A DNA stretch of 62,464 nucleotides, counting the filler, from Choristocarpus tenellus KU-1152 (lineage: Eukaryota; Protista; Phaeophyceae), in NCBI GenBank assembly GCA_964200185.2. It is 11 parts of 11 records of this genome, joined end to end, with 100 filler letters (N's around TTAATTAATTAA, not from the genome) between each part and the next. Parts side by side here need not be neighbours in the genome. Positions count along the whole stretch, not along the records: positions 8,221 to 11,937 come from CAXNAD020018329.1; positions 12,038 to 19,266 come from CAXNAD020006503.1; positions 19,367 to 23,407 come from CAXNAD020016525.1; positions 23,508 to 27,200 come from CAXNAD020018471.1; 7 more parts are not named here. One strand, 5' to 3'. Shown here in pieces: positions 11,922-25,329 of the stretch. Positions within the stretch are counted from its first letter, which is position 1. The number at the start of each line of letters is the position of its first letter. The notes under the pieces were generated by a model, which had not been told where the DNA came from, did not search any database, and saw only the letters and a program-made list of their open reading frames with translations. The position numbers and the translations under genes were made by a program.

Positions 11922-12539
11922 ATTTGGGCTCCTTTCGNNNNNNNNNNNNNNNNNNNNNNNNNNNNNNNNNNNNNNNNNNNNTTAATTAATTAANNNNNNN
12001 NNNNNNNNNNNNNNNNNNNNNNNNNNNNNNNNNNNNNGGAATCTATCATTCCATGTCCTAGAAATTTTCTAATCTCTTCGTGATTATTAGCAAGATTACA
12101 GATTCGGTCATATCATGATAAATCAAAGGATTAATTTGATGTAGTCCAGTAAATGCGCGCTGTCATTCAATGGAGCTGATGTTGATGAGTGATGCCCAAC
12201 ACTGAGCTACAATGAAGAGTTCACCATAAGAAGAATGATACAATCACAAGTACATGTTCCTGACCTTCAGCACCTCTTATTCCTGTTTTGCTGTGTATCA
12301 CAGAGGAAGGCTTCTACGCGGTTACATCACTACCCCCCGATGATCCCCAAGCACTCCCGTGTTGAGCGGCCACCAAATATTGTCAATGGCAACAGCTGGG
12401 GGTGCCTATCATCTTGGTCAGATGATGATGGTGATGGCTCTGAATCTATTGGTACAGCGCGGCTATACTATCGAAGCAGTCCTAACAGCAATGGTTGGAG
12501 CATCAGATCGGGTGATGGGGGAGAAAAATATAGGGAAAC

Positions 12540-14460
12540 GGTAGTATGAGGTGGTTCTTGCCACTTTGGTACAATGATGTGACAGAAACTCTTACGACAG
12601 TGGTATAGAAAAGGTTGTGCCAAACCCTCCAGTCAAATGGTGGATGATGTATAGTTATTTCTGTATGACAATTAAAGTTTTGCAGACACTGTCAGAGGGG
12701 AGAAATAACGTTATTGCAAACTGCGTCGTAATTAGTAGAATGTTTGCAACTGCTTCTCTCTCTGTTTATAGGTGCAAGGTGAGGTCTGTAGATTGCTGTA
12801 CATTTTTTAGTATTTTGTTTATTGCTCTGTATTAAATTTAGGAAATAAGCTTGCAATATACTTTGTACTACTATTTTATATGCCCTATCATTCTTTTAAT
12901 TGGCTGCCATGATTTTTTTTTGGCTTCATTATTGGATGTCTCACTCAGTGGCCGGCAGGTTTGCCAGGAGTCAACCCTGAAATCATCGTTGTGGTTGCAG
13001 CTATTTCTACCTATTCTCTTTATGGTTTGAGGACTTCTACAATGCATGAGACTTTGTGCTGTAACTCATCTCCGTCCTCAATCCTTCCAAGATGACCACC
13101 TTTGAGTTCATATTATTGCATGGTTAGGGAGCTTCTGATTCTGCTGCTCACGTTTACCGCAGTTAGATATGTGAATCGGAGGGAACGGAACTTTGAAAGG
13201 TTGTATAAATGATAAATATAGTACGTGCTATGTTGTTGGTAATCAACGCTGCCCTTTTTTTTCTGGCGCCAAGAGGGGAACCCATTCATGACAACAGCAA
13301 CCCCCCCGCTAGAGGATCTCCTGTCATGGGCCGACTTGCACAAGTGATGCAGTAGTGTTAGCAAAAGCCCCCTTGGGGAGCAGGAGGGAAGACGTAGTTC
13401 ATTGGACTACTCGGATCAATCGGGGTACCCTGCACCACTCACAGGGCAGTGTTGAAATATATGTTTCCCAATACTTGTGTGTGACTTATTTTTCTCATTT
13501 AGATATCGGTTCTTTCCATAGTTTGATGGAAAGGATGAAAAGGAGTGAGACAATTCATTCCCTTGGGGGCTATCTTGCCAGCATTCACTGTGCCAATCTA
13601 CTGAGGGCATCAACCCATCTCTCACTGGTTAAAGTTCTTCTATCCCTGAACTCCTGCCCCGATATAATTCCAACACCAAAAAGAAGCAATCCACAGTTAT
13701 CTCTAATCTTCTGTTCTGCCGAGCACAATCATCCATGCATTTCTTTATCAGTCTACTACAGAGTATTCTTCTGTACAAGAATTCAAGCATGTTCTTAACA
13801 GCAACACCAATTGAGAAGTATGAAAGGTTGTATGCACTATGATAACTGTCAAACACCTGGAAACCGGCAGACAAATTGAAGGTGAGTGGGAAGACCCACA
13901 GGAGGATGTGGAAATGAGAGATTTGACAGGGAAGAGCAGTCAAAACTAAAGAGTAACTCTCAGATTTGGAGTGGACCAGTAAGCGGCAGAGAGGGATTTG
14001 TAAACTCTTCAACATCCTCATGTTGATGTCATCATGAGGTTCTATCTGCATATACCATTCACAACAGATGAGTAAACTCTGAAGTATACCTTAGAAAGGA
14101 AGGGCTCCTCGACGGTACACCTTGGAGTGAAGGTGCCTATCAAATCAGAGTCAAATCATGCGTGGTGGGCAGGGTTTGAGCGTTTTGCATGTTAAGCTGC
14201 CTACATCTATGAGTCCATTTAGTGGCATTTCTTTTCTTCCGTGCAGAGGTAGCCAACACTTCTAAGAACTGGACGCTATCATTAAGGTTCTCGTGAAGAT
14301 TGCTGGCAGGTTTGAGGTGCAAGGTCCTGGAAGCGGTTCACCATGGAATAAGTGGATCACCAAAGAGTTTATCTATATCCCACGTCATTTTCTTCAGCTC
14401 AATCCTCAGCATCCGGTGCAATCTCCTCCAAGTGCTCCTTGCACTGACTGGACTTTGAAT
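12540..14460 (-). mobile_element. Highly degenerate DIRS/Ngaro-like retroelement pol region (RT, RNaseH, methyltransferase-like)
   Basis: Traces in the expected order on the minus strand: KWTHRCRQLN (RT domain 2), MQIEPHD, VFPLTFNLSAGFQVF (LPFGL-like), TNNIA (RNaseH DN-like), PFDW..W and IVPKW (DIRS MT-like). All are frameshifted and weak. Confidence 0.4.
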
Positions 14461-14470
14461 AGAAACCAGC

Positions 14471-14733
14471 GAGTGAAAGTATCTTAGAGGGTACGAGTTT
14501 TGCCCTGTTGCCCATTTGGGTCTTGGCTTCCCATGGGTTTTTTTATAACGTTTTCCTACTCCAAAATGGTTTGGAGTAGGTAAAATGTATACGTCATGAA
14601 AAGGTGTGTCCGGAACATTGATAGGATATTGACACTTTCTAACAAACACGATAGTCAAAATTACATCAAAATTGCAACAATGGATTTTGGTCCCCAAATG
14701 GACGCGGCTCTACCCTCTAAGATACTTTGACTC
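14471..14733 (+). mobile_element. MITE family A copy 5
   Basis: Both TIRs present; flanks CAGC/CAGA. Confidence 0.92.
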
Positions 14734-15944
14734 CAGAACTTGCCTGAACTGAATTAATAGTATTTCTTACCCCTTTCCTGTTAATCGCTATACCCAGTCA
14801 TACACTCTAAACATAGATTTATGTAGGGGTAGGTCATGATACGATGATCCTCTTCCAGCACCAGGCGACCCATCTTTAGCATTTGCGACCCACTACCTGC
14901 TGTCAAGCCAAACTCTGCCCCTTCATCTGCCTCTTCACCTTCTTTGCCATCATCCTCCGCTTCTTTTCAACGTGTTCTTTGCTCTACTTCGGAGATGGGT
15001 CTAGTTAAGTTACTAGCTCGGGTTCATCATAGAATAAGACTCTTGAAAGTGACACATGCATTACAGTGTCTCTAACTGTGCTCATTATCTATGGTGTACC
15101 AGTGGAAGCGGAGAAAGCAGCAAGCCTGCAGTACTTTCAAGGTCACCGCCCGTGAACAAGTGGTAGTGAAAATGTGTATGTCAGTGTGAAAGATCGATAT
15201 TCCCTGATTTTTGAGAACCACTTTCACACATGGAAGAATACTGCCCAGTACACTGAGTGTGAAAAGAGGCAGCCTAGAGGGTAAGAGTGGAAGCAGGTCC
15301 TGACTACTTGTGTGGATCCCACCGCCAGAATCCTTTGCGATATTCCAGAAAATGTGCATGATGAAGGCATTTGGAGGCAGGTGGAGTTGGAGTTCTAGGA
15401 ATTGTTGGTGAGGGGCAGATAATATTCCAGTTGTGGAACCAAGTCCACTTCCACGTACTTGATAATCTTGATCAGGACCAGCCCTCCCATAATACATGAT
15501 ACCAGGTCAGGGGTTCGCAAGAGCTTCCCATGCAATATGTGGAGGGAATTCAGCTGGTGGTGGTGGTGGTGTACCTAAACATGTTTTGGCTAACCTGTCC
15601 CTCTCCAAAATAGGATTTAGACGTAACCTCTTTGTAAGATTCAACGTTGAATGAAGATTTGGATATACATACATTTTCGATATATTCTTTGTATTGCTAT
15701 CCCACTTTCATCTCTCTCCTCGTACGCTTTTCTCACCCCAATTTATACACCATCTTCGTGACATGATCAGATGATGTAAGTTGCTTAGAAGGAGTTGAAA
15801 TTGCCGAAGGACAAAGTGAGACGAGAGCATGCTACTCCCAAGGGGAGCAATGCGTCCACCCTAGCCTTTCTTGCTGGCTTCTCCTTCTTTGCAGGTAGCA
15901 GAGTAAGGTTATCCGCTTTCTCCTTATCAAGAACATAATCGAGT

Positions 15945-16110
15945 ATGGTCTCTCCTTCTAGTGGATCTTCCGTTCGCCCAGAGAAGGTGTTTGTTGCTGG
16001 TGCAAGCGGGCGCACAGGTCAGTGGGTAATCAGGTGATATGCCCTCATCCTCATTTTACCGGAAAGAATTAGGACCGTCGGTGAGAGCAGCACTTGAAAG
16101 TGGTTGTAAT
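15945..16110 (+). pseudogene. Fragment of an NAD(P)-binding Rossmann-fold (atypical SDR) gene
   Basis: ATG 15945 gives MVSPSSGSSVRPEKVFVAGASGRTG (GxxGxxG); donor at 16018, acceptor before 16073, then PSVRAALESGCN; no later exons recognised. Confidence 0.45.
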
Positions 16111-17523
16111 GAGGGCATACCATGTTGCCATCGATTTTGTCATCTCCATCGAACCTCCAGCAGGAAAAAATGGTCATCTGTACGCATACAAAGCCTGGTT
16201 GCGCAATTTAATGTCATACCATAGGACTGTTGAATTGATTGCCATCGATATGCCACTGCAGGTATTTACTCGTGGTTGTTCAGAGTCCAACAGATTCTCA
16301 TCTAGTTGGGGTTGGTCATGTTGCTATTTGATGAGACTACCGTTGTCTTTGTGATCCTGTAGTTGACAGGTTGGAATTATGACACACACAACAGTCTTAT
16401 CGTTTCCAAGCTAAATTTAGACCCCCCTGTAGCTACTTGTTTGCTCTCTCGTGTCGCATCTTCAAGAGTGGGTTGGCTACCTTGGAGCTCGTGGAAAACC
16501 ATTGCTCTCTGCTGAGCTGCCCCATCCAAAAATGGAGTAGTATATCACCAGTTGTGGTTGGAGAAAAAATTGAAACTAATAAAATGCATATTTCTAAGAT
16601 GCACACTCACAGTTACGTAATTGTAAATTGTTGAATTTAACTTACATTTGATACTTGTGGAACAATACCATAACACCAACATGTTCGAATGATGACACCA
16701 TTTTATACACCATTCTCAAGCAAGACAGAAGCTGTATCCTCTACGCAATATGGAGGTATATACATATATACAATGCATACATGTTTTAGAAAGGGAAAGA
16801 AAAAACGGTGTGTACTTGGGAGAATGTAACATTATACTATATGATAAACGTACGATAGTTGTTTATTCCTCCTCCACCAAAGATGCAAACTTGATAGAAA
16901 TCATCAGTAAAATATTGTAAAAGTTGGGATAATATTTTCTCAAACATTTTAGAAGCAACAAGGAAGGAAAACCCCTAGAAGCAAGAGGGTTACACGAACA
17001 AGGCCAAGAAGAGAGAGGAAACGCAATATCTGTTCTCTCCATACATTCGTTCGTAATTATCCTGTTTTGATTATCCAGAACCAGCTATTGACACGAGCTT
17101 CTTGCTTGGTGCTGTTGTCTCGTGCGTTGAGTTGAACATCTCGTCTCTTGCCGTCCTCCCATCCAATCTCAAAGGGAAAATAGGCTGGTTCCTCTCCCTG
17201 AGAAGGTGATAGCTCAAAGGGCTTCAATTTTTATTTTAACACTTTGGCCTCCCCTCGTCCTCAATCATCCACAGTGGATCTCCAGTAGGGTCTTCTTCCC
17301 CTGACTCCTTTGCTAAGGTTGTTGTACTCCATTGTCCGAGGTCGTGTGAATGTTCAGATCAAGGCAAGGGCCCTTTGTCCCGTCCTCATCCGGAATGACA
17401 TCAAAGCCCATCTTGATTATGTATTTACCAGTCTCATTGTATCGTCTCTTTCGCTCAAGAGCCACACAGTTTTACAGGGGTGGAGAGTTTGCCCTGTTTG
17501 TCCTGTCAGGGAATGATCTAGAG

Positions 17524-17783
17524 GAGTGAAAGTATCTTAGAGGGTATGATTTCTGCCCTGTTTTGTCCATTTGGAGCTTGACTTCCCACGGGTTTTCAAT
17601 GACATTTTACCTACTCTAAGATGTTCCGGAGCAGGTAAAATGTATCCATTATGAAAAGGTGTGTGCAGAACAAGGGTATTGACATCTTCTAGCAAACAGG
17701 ATAGCCAAAATTACATCAAAATTGCAACATTGGATTTTGGCCCCCAAATGGACGCGACTCTACCCTCTAAGATACTTTGACTC
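17524..17783 (+). mobile_element. MITE family A copy 6
   Basis: Both TIRs present; perfect TSD AGAG. Confidence 0.93.
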
Positions 17784-18479
17784 AGAGTAGAAAAAACACT
17801 TTTTCAAGTCCTTTTTATGTGTGACTCTGTTTCGAATGTAGTCCAATGTACACGAGTAGCCCATTTTGGATAAACGTTTTGGAGAAAATGCTTGGAGGAT
17901 GTGTGTGGATAGGTCAAAGATCTGAAATTAACACCTGGAACTTTGGAGAGTGTATTCATATACAAACACTGATGGTGATGAACCACACATGGTATTCTCT
18001 TAACCAGAGTTTCTTACGGGGACGTGAAGTTGTCACAGCACAAGAGTAAAAAAGAGCACCAAAAGAAAATGGTATGTACGAAAGACTAAGGCACACATAG
18101 AACATAAGACACATATCTGATCATACTGCCTATTGCACGACGTGAAAACTTAGACCTCCTGCACCCACACAACACCAGTAAGCATCGTGATAAGTTATCC
18201 ATGTATAATTAAACGTCGTATTACCCAAAGAAACTATGGAAACAGAGGTGTAAATTGAAGAAAAGTCTAACGACGCTAATAAATTCAGAGTTAACAACGG
18301 AGTAAAAATTGAGACAGATATAATAAACTCTATGTCAACATAGTATCAGAACAAAGGAATGTATTAATAATAACATTAACATTTCAATCACTCTTGAGCA
18401 TATTTTCAACACGAAGATCAATCCCATTTGATTCTACGCATGATAACACGGGAATGCCTATTGAAAAACATCCCCATGT

Positions 18480-19196
18480 TGGAACTCCGTAGGCAAATAT
18501 CTATCTTTCCTTCTCTCCCCGACTGGAGTACATAGTGGTACCGTATATTTATGTGTTTTGTTCTACTTCCAGGTACTGCCTCTTGAGCAACTTTATTGCA
18601 CCACCATTATCCTAAAACACTGATGCAGAGTAATCCTTATAAAGTGGTTGCATGTGCACCTATTTGAGGAAGATAACCTCTTTCCCCAACTCACACAATG
18701 CCACATACTCAGCCTCAGCAGTAGACAATGTATCCATTTTCTGCTTCCTAGACCACCAGTCAACACGTCCTTCCCCAAACATCACAAGACCAGCAGAAAT
18801 AGAGAATATACTCTCCTTGCTATTTGCACAATCAGCACCTGTATAGCCTGTTAGCTGGTCCCTCGGTCCATTCCCATACAATCCGAAATCCCCAAAGGTA
18901 ATGCCGTGTTCTGTAGTACCGAACAGATACTCTGTTACTCTCTCTCGGCATTTAACCAATCAGACCAACTTGGATTCTCCGCAGAAGATGCTAACTCTCT
19001 AACCGCAAGAGACATATCAGTTCTAGTTGTTATAACTACCCACTGTATCCCACCAACCATTGATCTGTAGCCGTCTGTAATAGGCCCTTACTGCTCCACC
19101 CTCTTTGTGATTGACGGTAACTCATAAGATGTGCCAATACCATGTCTTTCCGCCTGGTCTCCTATGTACAAGTAGCTCTGGTCCACCACAAATTTC
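18480..19196 (-). mobile_element. Ty1/copia RT C-terminus and RNaseH remnant
   Basis: YRSMVGGIQW, GYTGADCAN, WWSRKQKMDTLSTAEAEYVAL, RTKHINIRYHY, with stops. Confidence 0.85.
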
Positions 19197-19429
19197 GGCT
19201 CAAAGTATCTGGGGGGGGGGGGGGGGGAAAGTGCGGTTGTGGATTTGAAGTAAAAAAACCAATTTCNNNNNNNNNNNNNNNNNNNNNNNNNNNNNNNNNN
19301 NNNNNNNNNNTTAATTAATTAANNNNNNNNNNNNNNNNNNNNNNNNNNNNNNNNNNNNNNNNNNNNACACACAACAGAGGCGACGCAGTGATCCAAAAAC
19401 GGGAAACGCCCTCACAAACAATACAACCC

Positions 19430-22400
19430 CCCCCCCCCCAGGAGATAGTCCAGCCCCCAGCCCCCGGAGGCCACCATCTCCAAGACCACAGCGACTTAGA
19501 TCAAGGCGCTTGAGGCCTCCCCCCTTGACGAGGAGACCAAGTGCTGCGCCGGCAGCAGCAGAACCTCCCACCCAGGGATTGTCAGAGAGGTCCAGATTGG
19601 TGAGGGATGAAGGTAGGGAGCGAGCCAAAGCAGCAACTCCCTTGAAGCAATTTCATAGACAGATTAGAAATCAGTATGGTAGTGAGGGTAAGGGCGGTTG
19701 GTTTAGAGTGGGGTGGGGAGGGGGGTGGGGAATGGGGGATACAGTGGTGTGAAAAGGCATTTGGCTCAGCTCTTGTGCTTCTGCAAAGCAGATTGTGATG
19801 TCAGAGTGAGGGATACTGATAGAAGTCAAGGAGCACATGAAAAAATAAAAATAAAAGCAGGATTGGTTTGTATGGTGCTAGAGTATAATACCAGGAGGTG
19901 GTACGGAAGGAAGGTACTGCCAAGCGCAATCAGTACCTCAACTGTAAAAATGACATAAAATGACATAGAACGACATGGAATGGGAATTTCTCGTGGGGAA
20001 GGGTATGGACAGACAATTCATACACCTGTCACCTATGCAAATATACAGTAAGTCAAGGAACTGGTGCCAAATGTCAATTGCATAACGCATACAATGCACG
20101 CCTGTCTCCACATGCTACACCACCACATAGCTGCTACAGAGCTGCTACAGACAGTTAAACATATAGTACCCACAAGACACAACATGAAACCTCCCCCCTA
20201 CCAACCTTCACAGTTGGGTGACCAAAGGGGCAATAAAACACCAAGCAGCAAGCTTGTGCCGACAAAACTGACATGAGATTGTCAGACCATAACCTTCTCA
20301 TCAGAACAAAAGGCACCTCCCAAACATAAACAAGTACAGAAAATTTTGAAGGCCCACTTGGTGCAACAAGGCCCATGAGTAAATACCTCTCCATACATCA
20401 TTCCAATATCGGCAGCAGGGCAGATGGCCCCAACCAAAGTCAGGGAAGGGATGAAAATATGAGAGTACCAGCAACCAATGCGCTCCTAATGTATTGCAAA
20501 AAAAGGTGAGCTGTCTGTTGAGACTGGCCATACACGAGTGTGAATGCGTGCGCAGCCCCTTGGCGCCCTCCTACAACCCTACAATCCCACTGTCCTGTCA
20601 TGACACCTAAAAACAAATGGTAAGGTGAATATTTGTCGTTGCAGTCCATACATACAATGCACCCAATACAACCAATAGATGTACATAGTAGGTGCTTCAA
20701 AAGCAACTCAAAAGTCAGGTTGAGGCAGCAGTACACTCTACAACTCTACAGACCCCTTCATAAAAGCCCATTGACTTTTGTAGGGTCAGGCTACTTGTAG
20801 ACTGAGCATTGGGTCAAAGAATTTGGATTGTTGGGACTCATAGCATGGGATCAGAACAAAACAGCAAATGATACATCCCTCATTGCATAAGCCAGGTAGA
20901 CAAAAGGGCACATCCCCCAATACCATACTACATACAGTGATCTGATCCCACCCACACCCACAACACAATTCACCTACAAAACTCATCAAAACTCTACCCA
21001 GATCCCACCCCAAACCCAACCCACAGGAAACACAAACCTGAGCTCCCAAGCCATTTCCTCTCAATGTCAACGATGTTATCGTCCGATTCACCACAAGCCC
21101 CAGTGCCAGCACTGCCATGGACACATTCTCAACAAAACTGTGACCAAGGTCCAATACTGTCAGCCTTGGGGGGCCTGCACGTAGCACCCACGCTAAGCCC
21201 TCGCACCCCTCCAGTCCCCTTCTCCCTCTTCCATCTGGATTGAGCCCGCAAAGCCCGGCATGGGCAAGGCGGAGTCGAGCAGCACGAGGATTGCATGCAA
21301 CCAATCTTGCCAAAACAGGGTAGTCCAAGCTGTGGGAGAGAGGCTGTCCAGAGAGGTCGATTGTCTGCATAAAGAAATACCATGATATGGGGATGGGATC
21401 AGATCAGACTGCAGAAGACAGGGCAATGGAGGGGGTGGGAGGCATAGTGGGATGTGGAAGGCAGAACGAAGTGGTGTAGAATGGGAAGGTAAAGAAGGAT
21501 TGAGGGGAGGGATTTGAGGCACCATCATGGACTGGGTTGTAAGAGATGACCAGGTTACCAAAAAGAAGTATGTTGGAGAGACAGAGAGAGGGCGGGAGGT
21601 CTCTATCAAAAAAAATATATCTACGAAAGGCTTAAGACTTGATGTTGCTGGGTGGTTTGCTGCAATGGGAGAGCCCAGGTAGGTTGGGACTGGGATGTGG
21701 ACAACCAAGAAGTACCCTTTGCTTGTCAAAGTGTAGAGTTGTCTTCCGCCATCTCTCTCCTCTCACAGTTAAGCAATTCATTGACCAAAACACCTTGGCA
21801 CGGCCCTCACCATTCCCCCTCGCAGCCCAACTAAAACCTAGCATGCCTCGATCTGCCTTTAAAACTAGAAAATATGCGTTCTCTCACCTGAAGACCAACC
21901 TGGGGAGGACCCTCCTCTTCCTTCTCCATCCCTCGGAGCACCTGCACATGAAGATTCTGCCGGGCTAGTGTTAGCTTCCGTAAGAACGTGTTTTGAGAGA
22001 GAGCATCACCCAGGGCAGCAGCTCCAACCGCAGTAAGACCATTATGTGTGAGTGTAAGGATCTCGAGGCAGCAGGACTCCTCGCCGGTGCTGCCAACACC
22101 CAGGGCACCCGCCAGGGCGACCGCTCCCTCGTCCCCGACCTCGTTGCGGTCCAGAGAAAGTAGGCGGAGTGTCCTATTCGCACTGAGAGCACTGGCGAGT
22201 AGGCGGGCACCATCGGGACCGCAGCGGTTGGACTCGAGATTGAGACCCGTTAATGTATGGTTCATAATGAGGGCATCGGCCAGGAGGGCGCAGCCCTTCG
22301 GGTTGACCATCGTGCTGGCCAGGCTAAAGGATCGGATGCAAGTATTGAACTTGATGGTCTCTGCAAGGGCCGCTGTGCCCACCTAGAAGCCGTCGGGCCA

Positions 22401-23197
22401 AGGAGAATAAAGGGGAGGGTTTTGAGAACGTAGAAGCATGCACGAAAGGAAAACAGGTGGGCGGTTGGGTGATGGACGGACCGTAGTTAGATCGGATGAC
22501 ATTGGTCGAAGGCGTATGACAATACCTCCTCGTCGCCTCAACGAGCCTGGAGGAATAATCAGGCATCAGGCATAGCATGAACCTAATGGATCAGAGATTT
22601 CTCGTCTATTACATCAGCTTGCTGGTTGCTCTTTTCTAAGCCCACCCCCAACCTGCCCATCCTATAATATCCTTGCAACCAACCTACAATGACTATACCA
22701 AACCTCACCTCGCCAATAGGGTTGTGCTCGAAGCTCAAGTTCTCAATGGTCCCATTAAATTCCAGAGCTCGCGCGAGAAAAACAGCATCCTGGTGAGGAA
22801 AGGAGGAAACACCAGTGTCAGTCGGACAACCTCTAGAGGACTCCATCTTCTACGAAAGGGGCGGAATGCACAAGCCCTTCGCCAAGACATCAGCAGTACA
22901 ACAGAGTCTAACTACACCAGGAGATAAAAGTGATCTCCTCGACTATACTCAACCAGGAACTGCTGCAGGAAGAATCCCTTACCTCCGCGTTGATCTTGAC
23001 ATTGTATAGACTGAGCACCTTCAAAGTGAGAGACCCTGCCACAAACCTTGCGAGCACACCAACCTCATCTCTTGTAAGGTTGCGATTACCAAGATCAAGT
23101 GAGTTCTCTGCCGAGCAGATGATCTCTGTGATGGTGCGCCTCTTGGGCTGGGACATATCCCTTGCGATATCCCACAAAGACGCACCACTATCCGAAT
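19430..23197 (-). CDS. Ribonuclease-inhibitor-like (RNI/NLRC3-type) leucine-rich-repeat protein, partial multi-exon gene
   Basis: GT-AG exons ~23197-22983, 22789-22709, 22382-21888, 21364-21038, ~19640-19430 encoding 28-aa LRRs (LTGLNLESNRCGPDGARLLASAL, LRLLSLDRNEVGDEGAVALAGAL, LKRLDLSRCGLGDGG); both gene ends unresolved near gaps. Confidence 0.85.
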
Positions 23198-24182
23198 CTA
23201 AACATTGATGAGAGGACAAATTTAGTAGTATAAGTAGTAGGAGTAGTAGTAAGACTAATGAGGTAGATCAATTGAGAGGGAACGCCTCCATTGGTGTGAA
23301 AAGTTGTAGTGCAAGAATGAATGTGAAGTGTATTATTTGTGAATCGTGTGATTCTGTGGCGGCGTGGTTCACTCAGGCAAGGGTGGCGAAGAGAATCACC
23401 GGGCAAGNNNNNNNNNNNNNNNNNNNNNNNNNNNNNNNNNNNNNNNNNNNNTTAATTAATTAANNNNNNNNNNNNNNNNNNNNNNNNNNNNNNNNNNNNN
23501 NNNNNNNACACCAAGCAATCTCGCCGGGTTTATCACCTTTATCCTCTTTGATGATTTTGGGGATACTTTAACAGGTTGCCATGCTGACGTTCTGACCCTC
23601 GGCATGCCCAGTTCTGGTCTCAAAATCACCCTGAAAGACCCCTATTTTGACGGCTGGAAGCATCTCGAGTTTGCACCTGATAATCCTCGACCCCCACCTT
23701 TTCTGAAAGCCGAGATTGTCAACCTGATTTCATTCTGTGGGGTTATCGTCCGATTCGGCGCCGTTCATGCTCGACAAGCCCAGATGTTTCGCGCCACAAA
23801 CATAAGGCACAGAGGTAGTATACTAACATTCGCACCTCTTTTCCATTTTGCTCCCAAGGATCGCTTTTTGGTTAACCTCGAATCATGTTTACATGACTTC
23901 GAGGCCGATCAGAAGGGGGAGTGATGTGGAAGCAGGGTTGAATATTATCATACCATACTACAGTGTTGGCAGTCGCCTCCTGCATCAACTTTGTCGTGCT
24001 ATAACTTTTGATCAAGAACGATTCTTTAATGAAAATCCGTTTGATGCAATCGCATAATCATCCTTAACCTTATTTGATGGGTCTCGGTTGGTCAACTTGT
24101 AGTAATCGTGAGAAGTATAAGACCATACTTAAATCAAGTAGTCCTCGCGCGTGGGTGCCACGGGGAGCGCGCGCGGGTGCTT

Positions 24183-24709
24183 TTAAGGACTGTTTTGACG
24201 CCAGAAGAGACCATCTTCACCTGGAGAACATGAGCGTTGTTGTCTCTCCATACTCTTTCCATTATTTCCCGTTTATGCAATGTTGTCACCTGCTGACTAA
24301 GGCTCACTTGTGGGGATCCGGTCCTCTAAACCAGACAATCCATGCCAAGTCATATGAGGTATTCTGAAGGTGCAGGCCGCCTGTGAGACTTAAATGTCTT
24401 GTTGTCACTGACCACCAATTTGGTGCACTCTATGCCTTTCTTGTTGGAATATATCAGGTGGTAAGCACTACTCATCCTGAAGAACCTCTCCACAATTACT
24501 CTGGACAGTCCCCCTTCCTTCTTAAGACTGACAGGAATGTTGGCTCTCATTCCAGGCAACATGTTGTCATAGTGGTCTCTTACATAGAGCTTTGCCTTCA
24601 CCCAGACCATCTCTATCGGGTTCAATTCACAGTGTCCTGTGAGATGCAGGCGACAACTCGGAGCTCATTGGGCGTCACAGTGTCCTGTGAGTGTCTTAAA
24701 CAGTATTAA
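24183..24709 (-). mobile_element. Internally deleted IS630/Tc1/mariner-type transposon (transposase C-terminus)
   Basis: HCELNPIEMVWVKAK...FKSHRRP at 24350-24640; imperfect TIRs TTAAGGACTGTTTTGAC and GTCTTAAACAGTATTAA. Confidence 0.65.
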
Positions 24710-25329
24710 GCCAAGGCCCGCCCACGTACCGTTTTGGTGGTTACCAATCTTTGTTTATTAAAAAAGGTTCCTCACGAGTTATTCAACGATCAGCATATTG
24801 AATGAAAGCTCTTGACCTAAGCTATCGATTTCTACAAATAAATGCTTCGGAAAAATATATATTTGGTAGTGACAATTTATTCCAAAACATTTTCAAGGTT
24901 GTGCCGAAATATTCGGTTAAAATTAACAGTACCAAAATAATTTTGGCGAAAAATTTCTTTACGGAAATTGATAGCTTAGATCAAGGCCTTTTCTTCGATG
25001 TGATGATCATCGATTCTCTCATTAAGCAACCTTTTCAAAAAAATCAAGATCGGTCTGATCCTGGAGGCGACTGCCAACACTATACCATATATATATACCG
25101 TTACACGAATTGAGTTTCTTTGTCAGGAGTCCCAGATTTTGGTGGATTTTTTGTTTTTATTGAGGAGTGGAGTCTTTTCAAGAACCGAATCTCGCAAGTC
25201 GTGGGCATCTCTTCAAAGATGTTAAACATCAAATATTATTTTTGTTGTTTCGTCTTGAGTTTCTGATGATCCCTCCCTCATGAGATTCTCATCCTATAAT
25301 TTCTGGAGTTTCCTATAGTCTTTGCACTA

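Noticed and set aside
23510-23930. Possible further CRE-like endonuclease fragment
   Set aside because: Only vague similarity; cannot be supported by eye
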